A stretch of DNA of 63,999 nt, the filler included, from Kipferlia bialata (taxonomy: Eukaryota): NCBI GenBank assembly GCA_003568945.1. It is 6 parts of 6 records of this genome, joined end to end, with 100 filler letters (N's around TTAATTAATTAA, not from the genome) between each part and the next. Parts side by side here need not be neighbours in the genome. Positions count along the whole stretch, not along the records: positions 46,449 to 61,794 come from BDIP01000714.1; positions 61,895 to 63,999 come from BDIP01000862.1; 4 more parts are not named here. One strand, written 5' to 3'. Both the position numbers and the translations under genes were made by a program. Positions 49,556 to 61,960 of the stretch are shown one piece after another; positions within the stretch are counted from its first letter, which is position 1, and every line of letters begins with the position of its first letter. The notes beneath the pieces were generated by a model. That model ran no database searches. It had not been told where the DNA came from and saw only the letters and a list, made by a program, of their open reading frames with translations.

Positions 49556-52536
49556 CTAGGGTTCAATCCCTGTCATGCGCTTCAGAATGGGCAGAACGCC
49601 AAATCTGTCGCATAGTGTCTAGTGTTAGAAGAGAAATACTCAAGTACTATTCATCACAGTGCCTAGACACACACGAGTGACAATAGAGACTATGAAGACT
49701 ACCGTGGGTACTCTTACTGTTGCTAGTAGCAATATACTATATCTCATATATACCCTGAGGGAGCCCATGTCCACCTGGCCGTAGTGGGCTATCCTCTCCG
49801 TGTATAGTATATATATACAGACACGTCAATCATATAGACAGTAGGCCCGTGTATATACATATGTATACATATATATACCTTCAGGGAGTCCATGGCCACC
49901 TGGTTCGGGTCGTGGTGGGCTATCCTCTCCGTATATAGTATATATATACATACATAAATATACCTATATATATACCTTGAGGGAGTCCATGTAGTACTAT
50001 AGCATTACAGTATCATATGTATACCTTCAATGAGTCCATGTCCACCTGGTCTGGGTCGTAGTGGGTGGGTATGGGGCCAGACACCCTGGGGGGTCAGGGT
50101 ATACACTAATAAGATCCACTCTCTCTATAGCCTATACACTCTATAACACATATTGGATTATTGCATGGGTGGGGATGGGATCAGACACCATGGGGTGTGA
50201 GACACTGACAACGTGTCAATGTACATTCTATGTACACTCTCCATATTGTATAGAGTATATAGTATATAATGGGCGACACTGATGCTGATGCTGATACCTG
50301 TATATGTAGCAGATCTGGTCCAGAGACAGGCCCAGGTCGGCGTCTTCCATCTGATACATGAGGATATGAGTTGGGATAAGGTACGCTATATATCCAGTCT
50401 GATACAAAGAACACATTCTCTATTATTTGTGATAGAGTATCAGTACACTACACACCCAGTATATATCCATCAAATGCTGATAAGCCGAGACATACGGGAG
50501 GGGGAGAATCTCCCGGAGATGCTGTCGAGGAATTGGTCATAGAGGGGTAAAGATATATATATAAATGTATAAGCCAACCTAATCCAGAGAGCCTCAGTAA
50601 TTGCCATTTACTCTCTATCATCTGCTCACAGAGTGTCAGTATGCCACTGAGATATGTATATACACATACTACTCATAGGGTGATAGTGATGCCACAGAGA
50701 TATGAAGACAATATCTACATACTAGTTAGTATAGAGTCTCCATGTAGTGTTATGTCTACTAGATATGCATACCTCATCCAACAAGTCCAGAGTGGCGTCT
50801 GATATTGGCACCTGCAACTCCTGGGGGAAGAGAAAGGATATATCATACACAGATATATAGTTACTATATATGGGAGAGGCAGGATACATCACGTAGATAT
50901 ATACATATAATGGAATATATATATATATCTATATATACTTATGATAGAAGACTCCTAGTGGAAGATAGGAGAAAGGGAGAGGGGGATTGTTCTTTCTAGT
51001 GAGAGTATGCCGGTAACTATGCATGGAACTTCCAGTAAAATAGTGTATGTATATGGGTATGTATATAAATATAGAGAGAGAGGACAGAGAGGATGTACCG
51101 GCTCATACTCCTGGAACTGTATATTAGCATACATATATATATATATATATATACGTGTATACCGGCTCATACTCCTGGTACCAGTGGTCCACGGCAGCAG
51201 TCATGTATGTAACTGTCTAGTATAAATGTAGCACAAGTATCCACGTATAATGTACATATAGAGTGTATGAATATATAGTACCGGCTCATTCTCCTGGTAC
51301 CAGTGGTCCACGGCAGCAGCCATCACTTGTTCACACCCCCAGCCATACTTAGCACAGATGGGGGAGAGAGCCCTGGAATAAGAGGTAGGGTACCAGTCTG
51401 TAAAGTATATATAGTGTATCAGTATCAATATAAATGTTACAAATACCAGCCATACTCTGCACAGATGGGGGAGAGGGCCCTGTGGTGAGTGGACTGAATA
51501 TATAGTCATTTGGTAGAACTAGTCCATATATAACATTTATGCGATATAGTATAGTATAGGATAGTATGGAGGAGAATCTGTACATATGGGAAAGAGGGCC
51601 CTGGAATAAGAGGCACTGCATGTAGATACACAATTACAATTGATAGAGTGAGTCCACTGTACATATGTGCTATAGGTTATATATAGTAAGGGAGAGAGAG
51701 CCCTGGGGTGAGTGGACTGAATACATATATACTTGCACTCGCTAGAGAAGTACAGTGTATATACTGTATAGTATTACTATTCTTGTACAAATAGGAGAAA
51801 GAACCCTGGGGTCAGAGATAGGGTACCAGTCCGTGACGTACATATAGTGTATCAGTATATATATATATATATTACAAGTTCCAAATACAAGTTATCCAAG
51901 GCAGTAGTATTAGGTGAAGGAATACTGGATACACATGAGTATAAATACCTGAAGTGCAGCAGGGCCATTGTCCTGCTCTATATACACATATGTACTGGAT
52001 ACATTCTGTGTATATAGAGTGTATATATAGTGTGCGTTACCACATATACTTATTACATGAAGGACAGCTGGGCCATTGTATCTATATGAATATGTATTGT
52101 GTACAATATAGTGGTATACAATATATATGAGGTTATGGATACAATACTATGGTATACAATATATGAGGTATATACCTGATATAGGTACACAATATATATA
52201 TAATATACATGAGTATATATACCTGAAGTACAGCTGGGCCATTGTCCTCTGCGGAATGTACATATGTATGCATGTAATAGTATGTAATAGTATGTTACCA
52301 TATATATGTGTGTATTGTGTATACATAAGGTACCTGAAGTACAGCTGGGCCATTGTCCTCTGCTGTGAAGAATAGTCATTCTCGTATATCTCTGGGTGTG
52401 ACACAGGCATAGGGTATACACTCTCATCGGTGATGGAGGGGGAGAGCCGGGGAGAGAGGGGGGGAGAGGGGGGTAGAGGGAGAGAGATGTCAGCAGCCTT
52501 TAGCAGTGTCTGAGTGCTCTGATCCCTCACACCCAT
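49556..52536 (-). CDS. Hypothetical protein (about 6 exons)
   Basis: Spliced: MGVRDQSTQ...RTMAQLYFR|ALSPICAKYGWGCEQVMAAAVDHWYQENEP|ELQVPISDATLDLLDE|MEDADLGLSLDQICYIYR|VSGPIPTHYDPDQVDMDSLK|TLCDRFGVLPILKRMTGIEP*. Confidence 0.7.
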
Positions 52537-52684
52537 GACCCCTGCGAAGACAGAGAGTGTCTTCTCTTCAGAGAGAGAGAGGCCTAGTTTAAGGACCAGA
52601 ATCCGGAAAATGGACAATCTGTCCGATTTTTGCACATCGGAAAGTAGGAAGGGTTCGGTCCTGTGATTAGGCTATCAGGAGACA

Positions 52685-53913
52685 CTAATGAATAGATAAC
52701 AGCTGGCTCAGATATTGGACACACAGTACCAGACTGCCCAGTTTCTGGGTCATAAGTCTGATCACTAGAGTGTACTGGCCCAGTATAATACTGGGGGAAG
52801 AGAGAAGAATGATAGAGAGAGAGGCAGTCTGATCAATAGCGATGTTGTCAACCTCTTGGCAACGGGTGTCAAGGACAATTGTGCATACAATTGTATGCAC
52901 TATATGAACTCTTAGAGATATGTGCAAGTATACAATTGTGTAGGTCCTGAATATTGAAATCTATTAGTTTTGTTGAAATAGAGATCTGGATGGACTGGGC
53001 AGGGGAGGCCTGGGTAAACAGGGGGGGGGGAATGAGAGAGAAAGAGGGACATGGGGAGGCCAGAACACATCGCACTAGGGTGGGAGAGACAGAGATAGTG
53101 CACCCTACCTACATGAATCACGTAGGCTACATGATCTGTCTGACCACCTCTCCATATAGTATATCTAGTATATATACTGTATTAAATATCTATATCCAAA
53201 ATTAAGAAGGCCCTCTATATACACAGTATATAGTACATATAGAAAATAGGGAGAGACACACAGAGAGTGCACCTTACGGTAGGGGGGACTCTGAGGGTGA
53301 CCGCAACTCCATGATCTGTCTGCCCCCCCTCTCTCTCGCAATATATACACACACACATATCAAGGTCACTCCCATCATTCAGAGGTGTATGTCTATGTCT
53401 ATTTGTACTTCTAGTCAAGCAGCTGGTTCTACTTCAAGTCTTGCCACTGATCACTGACTCTCTCTATCTATCTCTCTCTCTCTCTCTCTCTCTCCAGACC
53501 CTCAATTGTTCAATGGGCACCCTGCCACTCATGACGGCAAGGGAAAACTGGTTCTCCATCATCAGAATGACCTTCATCCCTGCCATCAGTATCAATGTCA
53601 GTATCAGTATCAGTATCAGCTAACTCTATATATACTACTGATACTGATACTGACCCATACCTGCTTTCTTCTTAGGGGGCAGGGCAGAGAACTCCTTCGG
53701 GTGGGAAGCAAACCAGGAGGTATAGGGGCACCTGGGGTGAGTAACTGTAAGAGTAGAGACAACAGATACAATGACTGCATGTATACGCATATATATATAG
53801 TGTATACGACAATACACTCACAGCCTGGTAGCCATAGACGCCTGCAGCTCCGCAGGGGTAATGCCGAGTGGGAACTCCTCGCTGGCGACTGGAATCGGCC
53901 TTCTGCTCTTCAT
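52685..53913 (-). CDS. Possible small hypothetical protein (3' structure unresolved)
   Basis: First exons MKSRRPIPVASEEFPLGITPAELQASMATRL|CPYTSWFASHPKEFSALPPKKKA|GMKVILMMENQF join in phase. Downstream exons are unclear. Confidence 0.4.
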
Positions 53914-54399
53914 TATGTTATGACTAAAGAAAAGTAAAGCTAGGCTAGTAGGTCTAGAAGGTCTTGGAGGTATTCTGGACGTTTGGTGGTTCACATGAAA
54001 AATCCGGTTCATATGAAATTTCCGATTTCAGGTTTGTCCTCCGTAATCAGTGTTTACCCTATTGATACACACGATTCAGTAATACACTGAATTGTGCCAT
54101 TCATCCACATCACCTCACATTGAATACATGGGTATTAGAGCTTTGATTCGCTTTGGAGAATCCATACACGATTAAGGGAATCGTAGTATTAGAGAGAGAT
54201 CTAGACTCTACAGGGAAGACTCTCGATGGTGCCGGTATGTGTGTCACTATTGTGGCTCACATCCGTATTTGTATATGTATTGATTTGAAGAACGGCAGTA
54301 GCGACATGATTTGTCTATTCATCTCAATATATGTCTATTCGTGGAACTCCTTGGGTTGAGAAACGAAGATGACAGTGATACATGAAGGAGCACCGCTTC

Positions 54400-54655
54400 T
54401 CACTTGATTCCAGCTGCCTCTGCAAGAGGCTGTCTCTCTCTCTCTCCCTTGATTGATGTCTCTCCCTCTCCCTCTCCCTCTCCCTCAAGGTCATCGAAGA
54501 GACTGCCATACACAGTGTCACCTCCCTAGATGTATAAGTACATATAGAATAGAAGAATGCATAAACTAAAGGAGATGGGAGTATGTAGTAATATATACGG
54601 TGTCGGTGTTATTAAAATGACACAGTTATGGAGGGCGAGGAAGGTATTGTAATGT

Positions 54656-54690
<35 letters not shown>

Positions 54691-57220
54691 CTGCAGCAGA
54701 GTGTACCATGGGTCATCACTGGCCTTGGGCTTGGGTCTGTCCTCAGAGCCAAAGACCTAGCAGGTGGGTATAGTGGTATCTATCTATCTATATACACACA
54801 CACATATATATATATATAGAGAGAGAGAGAGGCAGGTCTGTCCTCAGTGCCAAAGACCTGGAGAGTGAGTGGTATGTATATACATGAAGAGTGTATATAT
54901 ATAGATGAAGAGTACATATGCATAGGTCAGAGAGAACAGTACTATACATAGTTACTTTGCGTTGGGCCTGTCCTCAGTGCCAAAGACCTGGAGAGTAAGA
55001 GGAGTATATACATGTTTATACACATTCATATATAGAAACATATATACTCAGAGCCAAAGACCTAGAGAGTAAGAGGAGCATATATATATATGTCAGTGAA
55101 TATATGTACATTCACTCACCCTGAGGAACAGGGGGTATGTATGTATGTATGTATGTATGTATGTATGTATGTATGTATGTATGTATATGTATGTACATAC
55201 CCACACCCGGCCTGAGGAATATAGATACACATACATACATATATACATATATATACACACGCACACGCATAAATACCTCGAGGAAATCATATACATATAC
55301 ATTAACATATATATAAATATATGTGTATATACATACACTCACCCTGAGGAACAGAGGGTCTCTGAGGCTGGTGACACTGCGGCGCCTAGAAGTGAGAACA
55401 ATAGAAGTACCCATGTAAACTAGACACACAATACACATATACATATATACTGCGGCGCCAAGAGGTGTGTCAGCAGCAAATACGTGCTTAATACTTACAA
55501 ATATACATGAATACCACTATAGACATGTGTGGAGCCTATAGTAAGAACAATAGATATAGATGTATAATCCTTCTCCGAAAACGCCATAATAGTTTCATAC
55601 ACACAAACACATACACATAAACATACATATATACATGTATACCTGTCCACCACCGCTGGCATGCAGTGTCCCCTACTACATACTGGTATATACAATATAT
55701 AATAGGAGGACACAATACTTATACTATTACGTATATTAGTGTATAGTACTATGAGGTACATGTATATACACCTGTCCACCACCGCTGGTATGTAGTGTCC
55801 CTTCTTCTCAGGCTCAAGGGCATCGAGGAAGGGGGGTGAGGGGACAGCTATTATGAGATACATTGTCAATATATATGGCAGAGTAGTAGTAGAGAGAGAG
55901 AGAGAGAGTATGGCTCAAGGACATCGAAGAAGGGGGCCTCGGGGACAGCTAGATATATATATATATATAGGATACGAGAGAGATTGGTAGAGAGAGAGAG
56001 AGAGTATGGCTCAACGAGTAAGAGAGAGAGAGAGTATGGAGTAGAGGACATCAAAGGAAGGGGCCTCAGGGACAGCTACGGTAAGGGTATACGTGAAAAC
56101 AGTAATACCCAGCATATGAGAAGAGAGAGAGAACGTATAACCCACCCTTGTCTCTCTCCCTCTCCCTCTGTCTCTCCCCCTCTCTGTCTGCCTGTCTCAT
56201 TCCCTCTCTCTCCCTCTCACTGGGTCTGATGGGATTGGTGGTGGGGGAGAGGTCTGGGGTGGGACACACACAGAGAGAGAGATATGGTCTCTATGGGATG
56301 TATCTTTCCTTTACACTAGGGCATTTCAGATACTATAGATATCCACCCCATGTACCTATCAGACTCATGATGTCTCTGCTGGACAGGCAGGGAGACCCAG
56401 GGCCAGGGTACTGGTCCTGGGAGTTAGGATCCATAGAGTATAGAATACACATGATCAGAACATAACACTTATGTATACTATGTACATATATATGCAATAG
56501 TATCACTCAATAGAGACCCAGGACCAGGGTACTGGTCCTAGGGGTTAGAATATGGTATAGAAATATGAGTGTATCCATATATATCCACACACATACTGTG
56601 TAGTGTATATATACAGAAAGAATGAATATCTGTCTTCAATATATTACGGCCAGGGTACTGGTCCTAGGGGTTAGTGGTTATGGATACGAATAGTCTATCT
56701 ATACATACATATATGTGTGTGTGGTGTATAGCATCGACTCATACCTACTTATATCTACTTATACCTACTTATATCTACTTATATCTACTTATATCGACTC
56801 ATATCTACTTATACCTACTTAAATCTACTTATATCTACTTTTTTCGACTCATATCTACTTAGACAGGATTTTGGTACAAGTGCTTAGTAGACACAGAAAT
56901 CACACGTAGAATAGAGGATACATGAAGATATATACTGGCTTGGGCAGCTCAGCAACAGTATATATATATTACTTCATACTATATATATATTTAGTATACA
57001 TTAATCATCGTGTAGACACCTTGTCCGTGACCTTTGGCTTGGACAGCTCAGCAACAGTATATAGGTATATAGATATATAAGGATATATACATCAGTACAG
57101 TATACAGTGCATTATGAATAATACACAGATACATATCAATACCTTGTCCGTGACCTCTGGCTTGGACAGCTCTGCAATGGGCTCCTCGTCAAGGTCATCT
57201 ACACATGAGGGAGAGAGAAT

Positions 57221-57266
<46 letters not shown>

Positions 57267-57690
57267 GAGACTCATCAAGGTAATCTGTATGAGAGTAATG
57301 TTCATACAAAAGTATATGTGCGGATAGATACACACCAGTGTCTATGGATATATACTAAAAAAAGAGAAAGTAAAAGAAAGAAGAAAGAATCGATACAGTC
57401 ATACCTGCGTACATCTTTTGGGTCGAGTAGTACATGTTGTAGTACTAATTAGAAAACTGTGTCCGTATAGTATAAATGGCAGGAAACAGCATACTAATCA
57501 CTACTATACCTGTGTACATCTCCAGGCCCAGGATAGGGAGTATCAGTATCAGTATATATTTCTCTAGACTGTCATACCTGTGTACATACCTAAATACGAA
57601 TAGTATATATCAGCTAGTACTATACCTGTGTACATCTCCAGGCCCAAGATAGGCAGGCCCTGGGCTGGGGTTAGCATAGATACAACCATA

Positions 57691-57727
<37 letters not shown>

Positions 57728-58388
57728 TGTATATACATATAGAGAGAGAGAGACCTAGGATGGGCAGGCCCTGGGCTGGGGTCAGTACACACACAGATAT
57801 ACTCGAGTATACGCCACTCTATACATATATGAATCCACATACACATATAGGGAGAGAGAGAGAGAGAGGCCCTGGGTTGGGGTCAGGGTTCACACAGATG
57901 TGTATAAGGATACATCATGGACGTAGAGAGAGAGACATAGAGACCCACAGAGCTAGCAAGAGTGGGTCAAAACCATACATATGAGTAGGTATACTAAGGA
58001 TCAATCTATATGAATATATATAGAGAGAGAGAATACCTAGCGAGAGTGGGTCATGGCATGGGTGTATATGAATATGTATAGATACATGGATGGAGATGTC
58101 TCTAATATATACATATATATATACCTATTGTGTGTGAGAGAGAGAGACAATACCTAGTGAGAGTGGGTCATGGCAGGGGGCAGCCTTGGAACTGGGGGGT
58201 GAGTGTCATTGGTATATATAGCATATATATATGTGTATATATATGTATAGTATATATATGTATATTAATGTGCAGCTAAAGAGGGTCTATCCTCCTCTCT
58301 GTAGCGGTAGGTATGTCTATCTATATACACATATTTGTTATTTGTACAGTATACCTCGTCTGCCCAGCATCTCTGGTGTCACCCTCTG

Positions 58389-58419
<31 letters not shown>

Positions 58420-60408
58420 CTATGCATCTATCTATATCTATCTATACATACCTAGTCTGCCCCAGCATCTCTGGTGTCACCCTCTGTCTCTCTCTCTCTA
58501 TCTATATATATTTGCATATATCCATATCTATACATACCTAGTCTGCCCCAGCATCTCCGGTGTCACTCTTTCTCTCTCTCTCTCTCTATCTATCGATATA
58601 TATATATACATATACATACCTTGTCTGCCCCAGCATCTCCGGTGTCACCCTGCCCTTGCGGCACTTGGTCCAGCTGTTGGCAACCTGCGTCAGTATCCTA
58701 GTGATAATACATATATACAATATAGATATTGTGATTATAATTTTCACTATGTGAACTATTTATCTTAGCCCAGCTGTTGGAAACCTGGCATTATGGTAAT
58801 GAAGTACGTATAGTATGCAGTATATATATATATGTATGTATATATACATATATGTATATATATACTACATACATCCTGGTCCAGCTGTTGGTAACCTGGT
58901 ATATCAGTGATAGTATTTGGATATGAGAGTATATATATGTATATATATCATATTATATATATCATATTGTATATAAACTGGTGGTTCCAACTGTTGGCAA
59001 CCTGGGGTGAATGAATTCATTCAGCATAATACACAAATATATATATACATGACAGTGACATTATATATCATGGATCTAGTTCCTCTAGCTGTACATACTA
59101 TACGCACAATAGTATATATACAAATATGAGGGAGATAAATTCACATATATATCATCACATATATATGAGCCGGTTTCCGTATCATCCTATCAACCACGTA
59201 ACACGTCGAGGAGTGATGGGATATATATATATATATATATATAATGAGGTAGATACACATATAGTATATATATATATACAAACCACGTACCACGTCGAGG
59301 AGTGATGGGACCGATCCACAGTTGGCAAAGATGACCAAACACTGTATATATACACTGTATAGTATGTATACATACACACACACATATATATATATACAAT
59401 ATCCGTACCACGTCCAGGAGTGATGGGACCGATCCACAGTTGGCAAAGATGACGGGGTGGCATCTGGTGCCTGAGATACTAGGGTTAGAGTGACATATGT
59501 ATATGATATATATACAGATAGAGAGAGAGAGAGAGAGAGACAGTTGGCAAAGATGACGGGGTGGCATCTGGTGCCGGAGATACTGCAGTGAGACACTGAG
59601 AGAGAGAGAGACACACATATATATAGATAGATAGAGAGAGAGAGAGAGATAATGAGATGACGGGGTGGCATCTGGTGCCAGAGATGCTGGGGTTAGGCTC
59701 TTACACAGAGACTATTACCTTTGTCGAATGCATTGAGAGAGAAAAATATACCAGCAACACATAGTAAATCGAATGGAGGTTGGCCGAGGGAGGGAGAGAG
59801 AGAATAGAGTATAAATATTATATAATAATAGTATTAATAGTATATAATAATAGAGTATAATAGTACCTGGGCCGACGAGGGCGGAGGGGCTCTGAGGGCT
59901 GTGGGGTCAGAAGGGTCAAGAGAGGTCAAGAGGGGTCAAGAGGGGTCAAGAGAGGTCAAGAGAGGGGAGTGGAGGAAGACAATGGAGATACACAAGAACA
60001 TGACGATAGAGTAAGTGAGTGAGGAAAGGCTCGAGGTGGAAGACAAGGTTGGATTGTCTGTCTATACTGAGATAGTCTGTCAATGTATATGTATATGTAT
60101 ATATATATATGCAAGTATACCTTGGCCTGGGCCTGCATAGAGGGACTGTCCTTCTTGAGAGACCTGAGGGGAGAAGGGATATATATATACATGTATACAC
60201 TAATCAATACTGTGTTCTACAACAATGGGGTGAAGAAGAGAAAGAGAGAGAGAGAGGGAGAAGGAGAGGGAGAGAGAGAGCATCAGATTCAGAGAAAGAG
60301 GGAGAGGATATGGATGTATACACATTTATACCTAGCTCTCTGCAATATCTCTGCCCTCCTATGCTCACTGAGGGTGAGAGTGAGAGTGAGAGAGAGGGGG
60401 AGAGAGGT

Positions 60409-60452
<44 letters not shown>

Positions 60453-60975
60453 AGTACCGCAATAATAATATAGGGTACAGTACTAAAGCACTCATGGGTG
60501 AGTACTGGGTCTCACCCTTCATACAAAGAGTATATATATATATATATATACATGCAATAATGTATGTACATAAAGAGAGGGAGAGGGAGAGACCCACACC
60601 ACCTGTGGTTGACCATTGGGTCCCCTTCCGAACTCATACGTAATAAAGGTGGTTAATAGAGCCCCCATAATAGGTATGTCATTGATGAAGAGAAGAACAC
60701 GCAAGATCAAAGGGAAGCCAAAAGAATGAGATCAAACGCGATATTGCGAATCCAATGACGATAATGAAGATGTGAATGATATTGTATATGTGGGCAAATG
60801 GTTTGATGTAGTCAGTAAACAGAGGTGTAAGTCATATTAAATCAAATGGTGTCATATATCAAGTACTTGAGCATGTAAACATGATCATCCATATACCATA
60901 CACTATTACTATGTAAGGGAGTACCTGTGGCTCTGCGCCGAACTTGCCCATGATGAAGGATATGACGGGTCCCAT
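54400..60975 (-). CDS. Hypothetical protein built of many short exons in echo-rich introns
   Basis: In-phase chain RSLKKDSPSMQAQAK|PSEPLRPRRPS|ISGTRCHPVIFANCGSVPSLLDV|VANSWTKCRKGRVTPEMLGQTS|...|VFGSEDRPKPKASDDPWYTLLQ|GGDTVYGS...IK*. The link to the first exon is not fully resolved. Confidence 0.65.
56731..56860. repeat. 10-bp minisatellite (ATA(T/C)CTACTT, about 13 units), intronic
   Basis: Direct tandem array with variant units. Confidence 0.9.
59911..59962. repeat. 10-bp tandem repeat AG(A/G)GGTCAAG x5
   Basis: Direct tandem array next to a minus-strand acceptor. Confidence 0.85.
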
Positions 60976-61076
60976 GCTTGGTGTGTATGTGTATGTCTAT
61001 GTAGAGAAGATACACATCATAGCCGACCGAGAAGAGAGGCTGTCATCATATCGCGAAGACAACGCGATATTGCGAA
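60735..61076. promoter_or_regulatory. Duplicated 16-mer AACGCGATATTGCGAA, candidate promoter element
   Basis: Identical copies at 60735-60750 and 61061-61076, each upstream of a minus-strand ATG. Confidence 0.45.
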
Positions 61077-61196
61077 AACAAAAACAACAAAAGGGTTCAA
61101 GAATGTCTTTGAAATAAGGGGTGACATGTCACGTTTCATACCGTCACCATCTCTTCACTCATTTGTGACCACCTTCTCTTATCTAAAGGAGACAGT

Positions 61197-61689
61197 ATGC
61201 CTCTTGATCTGAGTGAATATCTTGGGCATCTGGATGAGCCGTCTGTGCTGGTGGCACTGTGCATGCATGTCATGGTGTTTCTGGCAGGTACCTCAATTTG
61301 TCCAATGTGTGCATATAACCACTTCAAACTCTCATCATATTTTATTTTGTTCCTACACCAGGGTTAAAAGCCATCCAGAGAGAGGGATGAGTGATGGGTG
61401 TGCATGAGATACACAACATACTATATATCATATTCATATAGAATTTGTGTATATTTTGTGTACTGAGTGTGTGTCCATACTCTCTGCCCTTACACTAGGG
61501 CTAGATGCCACCGAGAAGGTGTCCACACTAGATACTCTGTATGCCTCCCTTCCCCTTGGTGCCCTCTCCACTATTGTAACTGATGAGTACCTGAGTATGG
61601 AGGGAGGGAGAGCGGCAGTCACTACACTGATAGAGTGTGTGACTGCTCTGAATGCCAGTGTGGAGACGGCACATGATATTGCACACAAG
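61197..61689 (+). CDS. Hypothetical protein, first two exons (3'-partial)
   Basis: 61197-61287 and 61499-61689 join in phase 1: MPLDLSEYLGHLDEPSVLVALCMHVMVFLAGLDATEKVSTL... Confidence 0.55.
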
Positions 61690-61794
61690 GTATGATACAT
61701 ATAGATTATGTGATTTTATGTATTATCCTGACTCCCCCCCCCTACTCTTGACTTCTTGACAAAGAACCCCCCCCCCCCCCCCCCCCCCCCCCCC

Positions 61795-61894
61795 NNNNNN
61801 NNNNNNNNNNNNNNNNNNNNNNNNNNNNNNNNNNNNNNTTAATTAATTAANNNNNNNNNNNNNNNNNNNNNNNNNNNNNNNNNNNNNNNNNNNN
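61795..61894. other. Artificial contig linker
   Basis: N44-TTAATTAATTAA-N44. Confidence 0.97.
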
Positions 61895-61960
61895 TGGCAC
61901 AGCGTAATGATTAGACCCCCCCCCCCCCCCTCCCTCCTCATCCTCTCCTTCTCACCCCAG

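Noticed and set aside
49556..49575. GGGTTCAATCCC as a tRNA or B-box
   Set aside because: It lies antisense in a coding last exon (…MTGIEP*) and has no cloverleaf.
60407..60451. Long G/C homopolymers (also at contig ends, e.g. 61767-61794)
   Set aside because: Lengths are unreliable and they coincide with assembly breaks; no functional claim can be supported.
46871..60710. Many short Y/I/C/V- or S/L-rich ORFs in the ORF track
   Set aside because: Translations of intronic (TA)n, (TG)n and (TC)n microsatellites.
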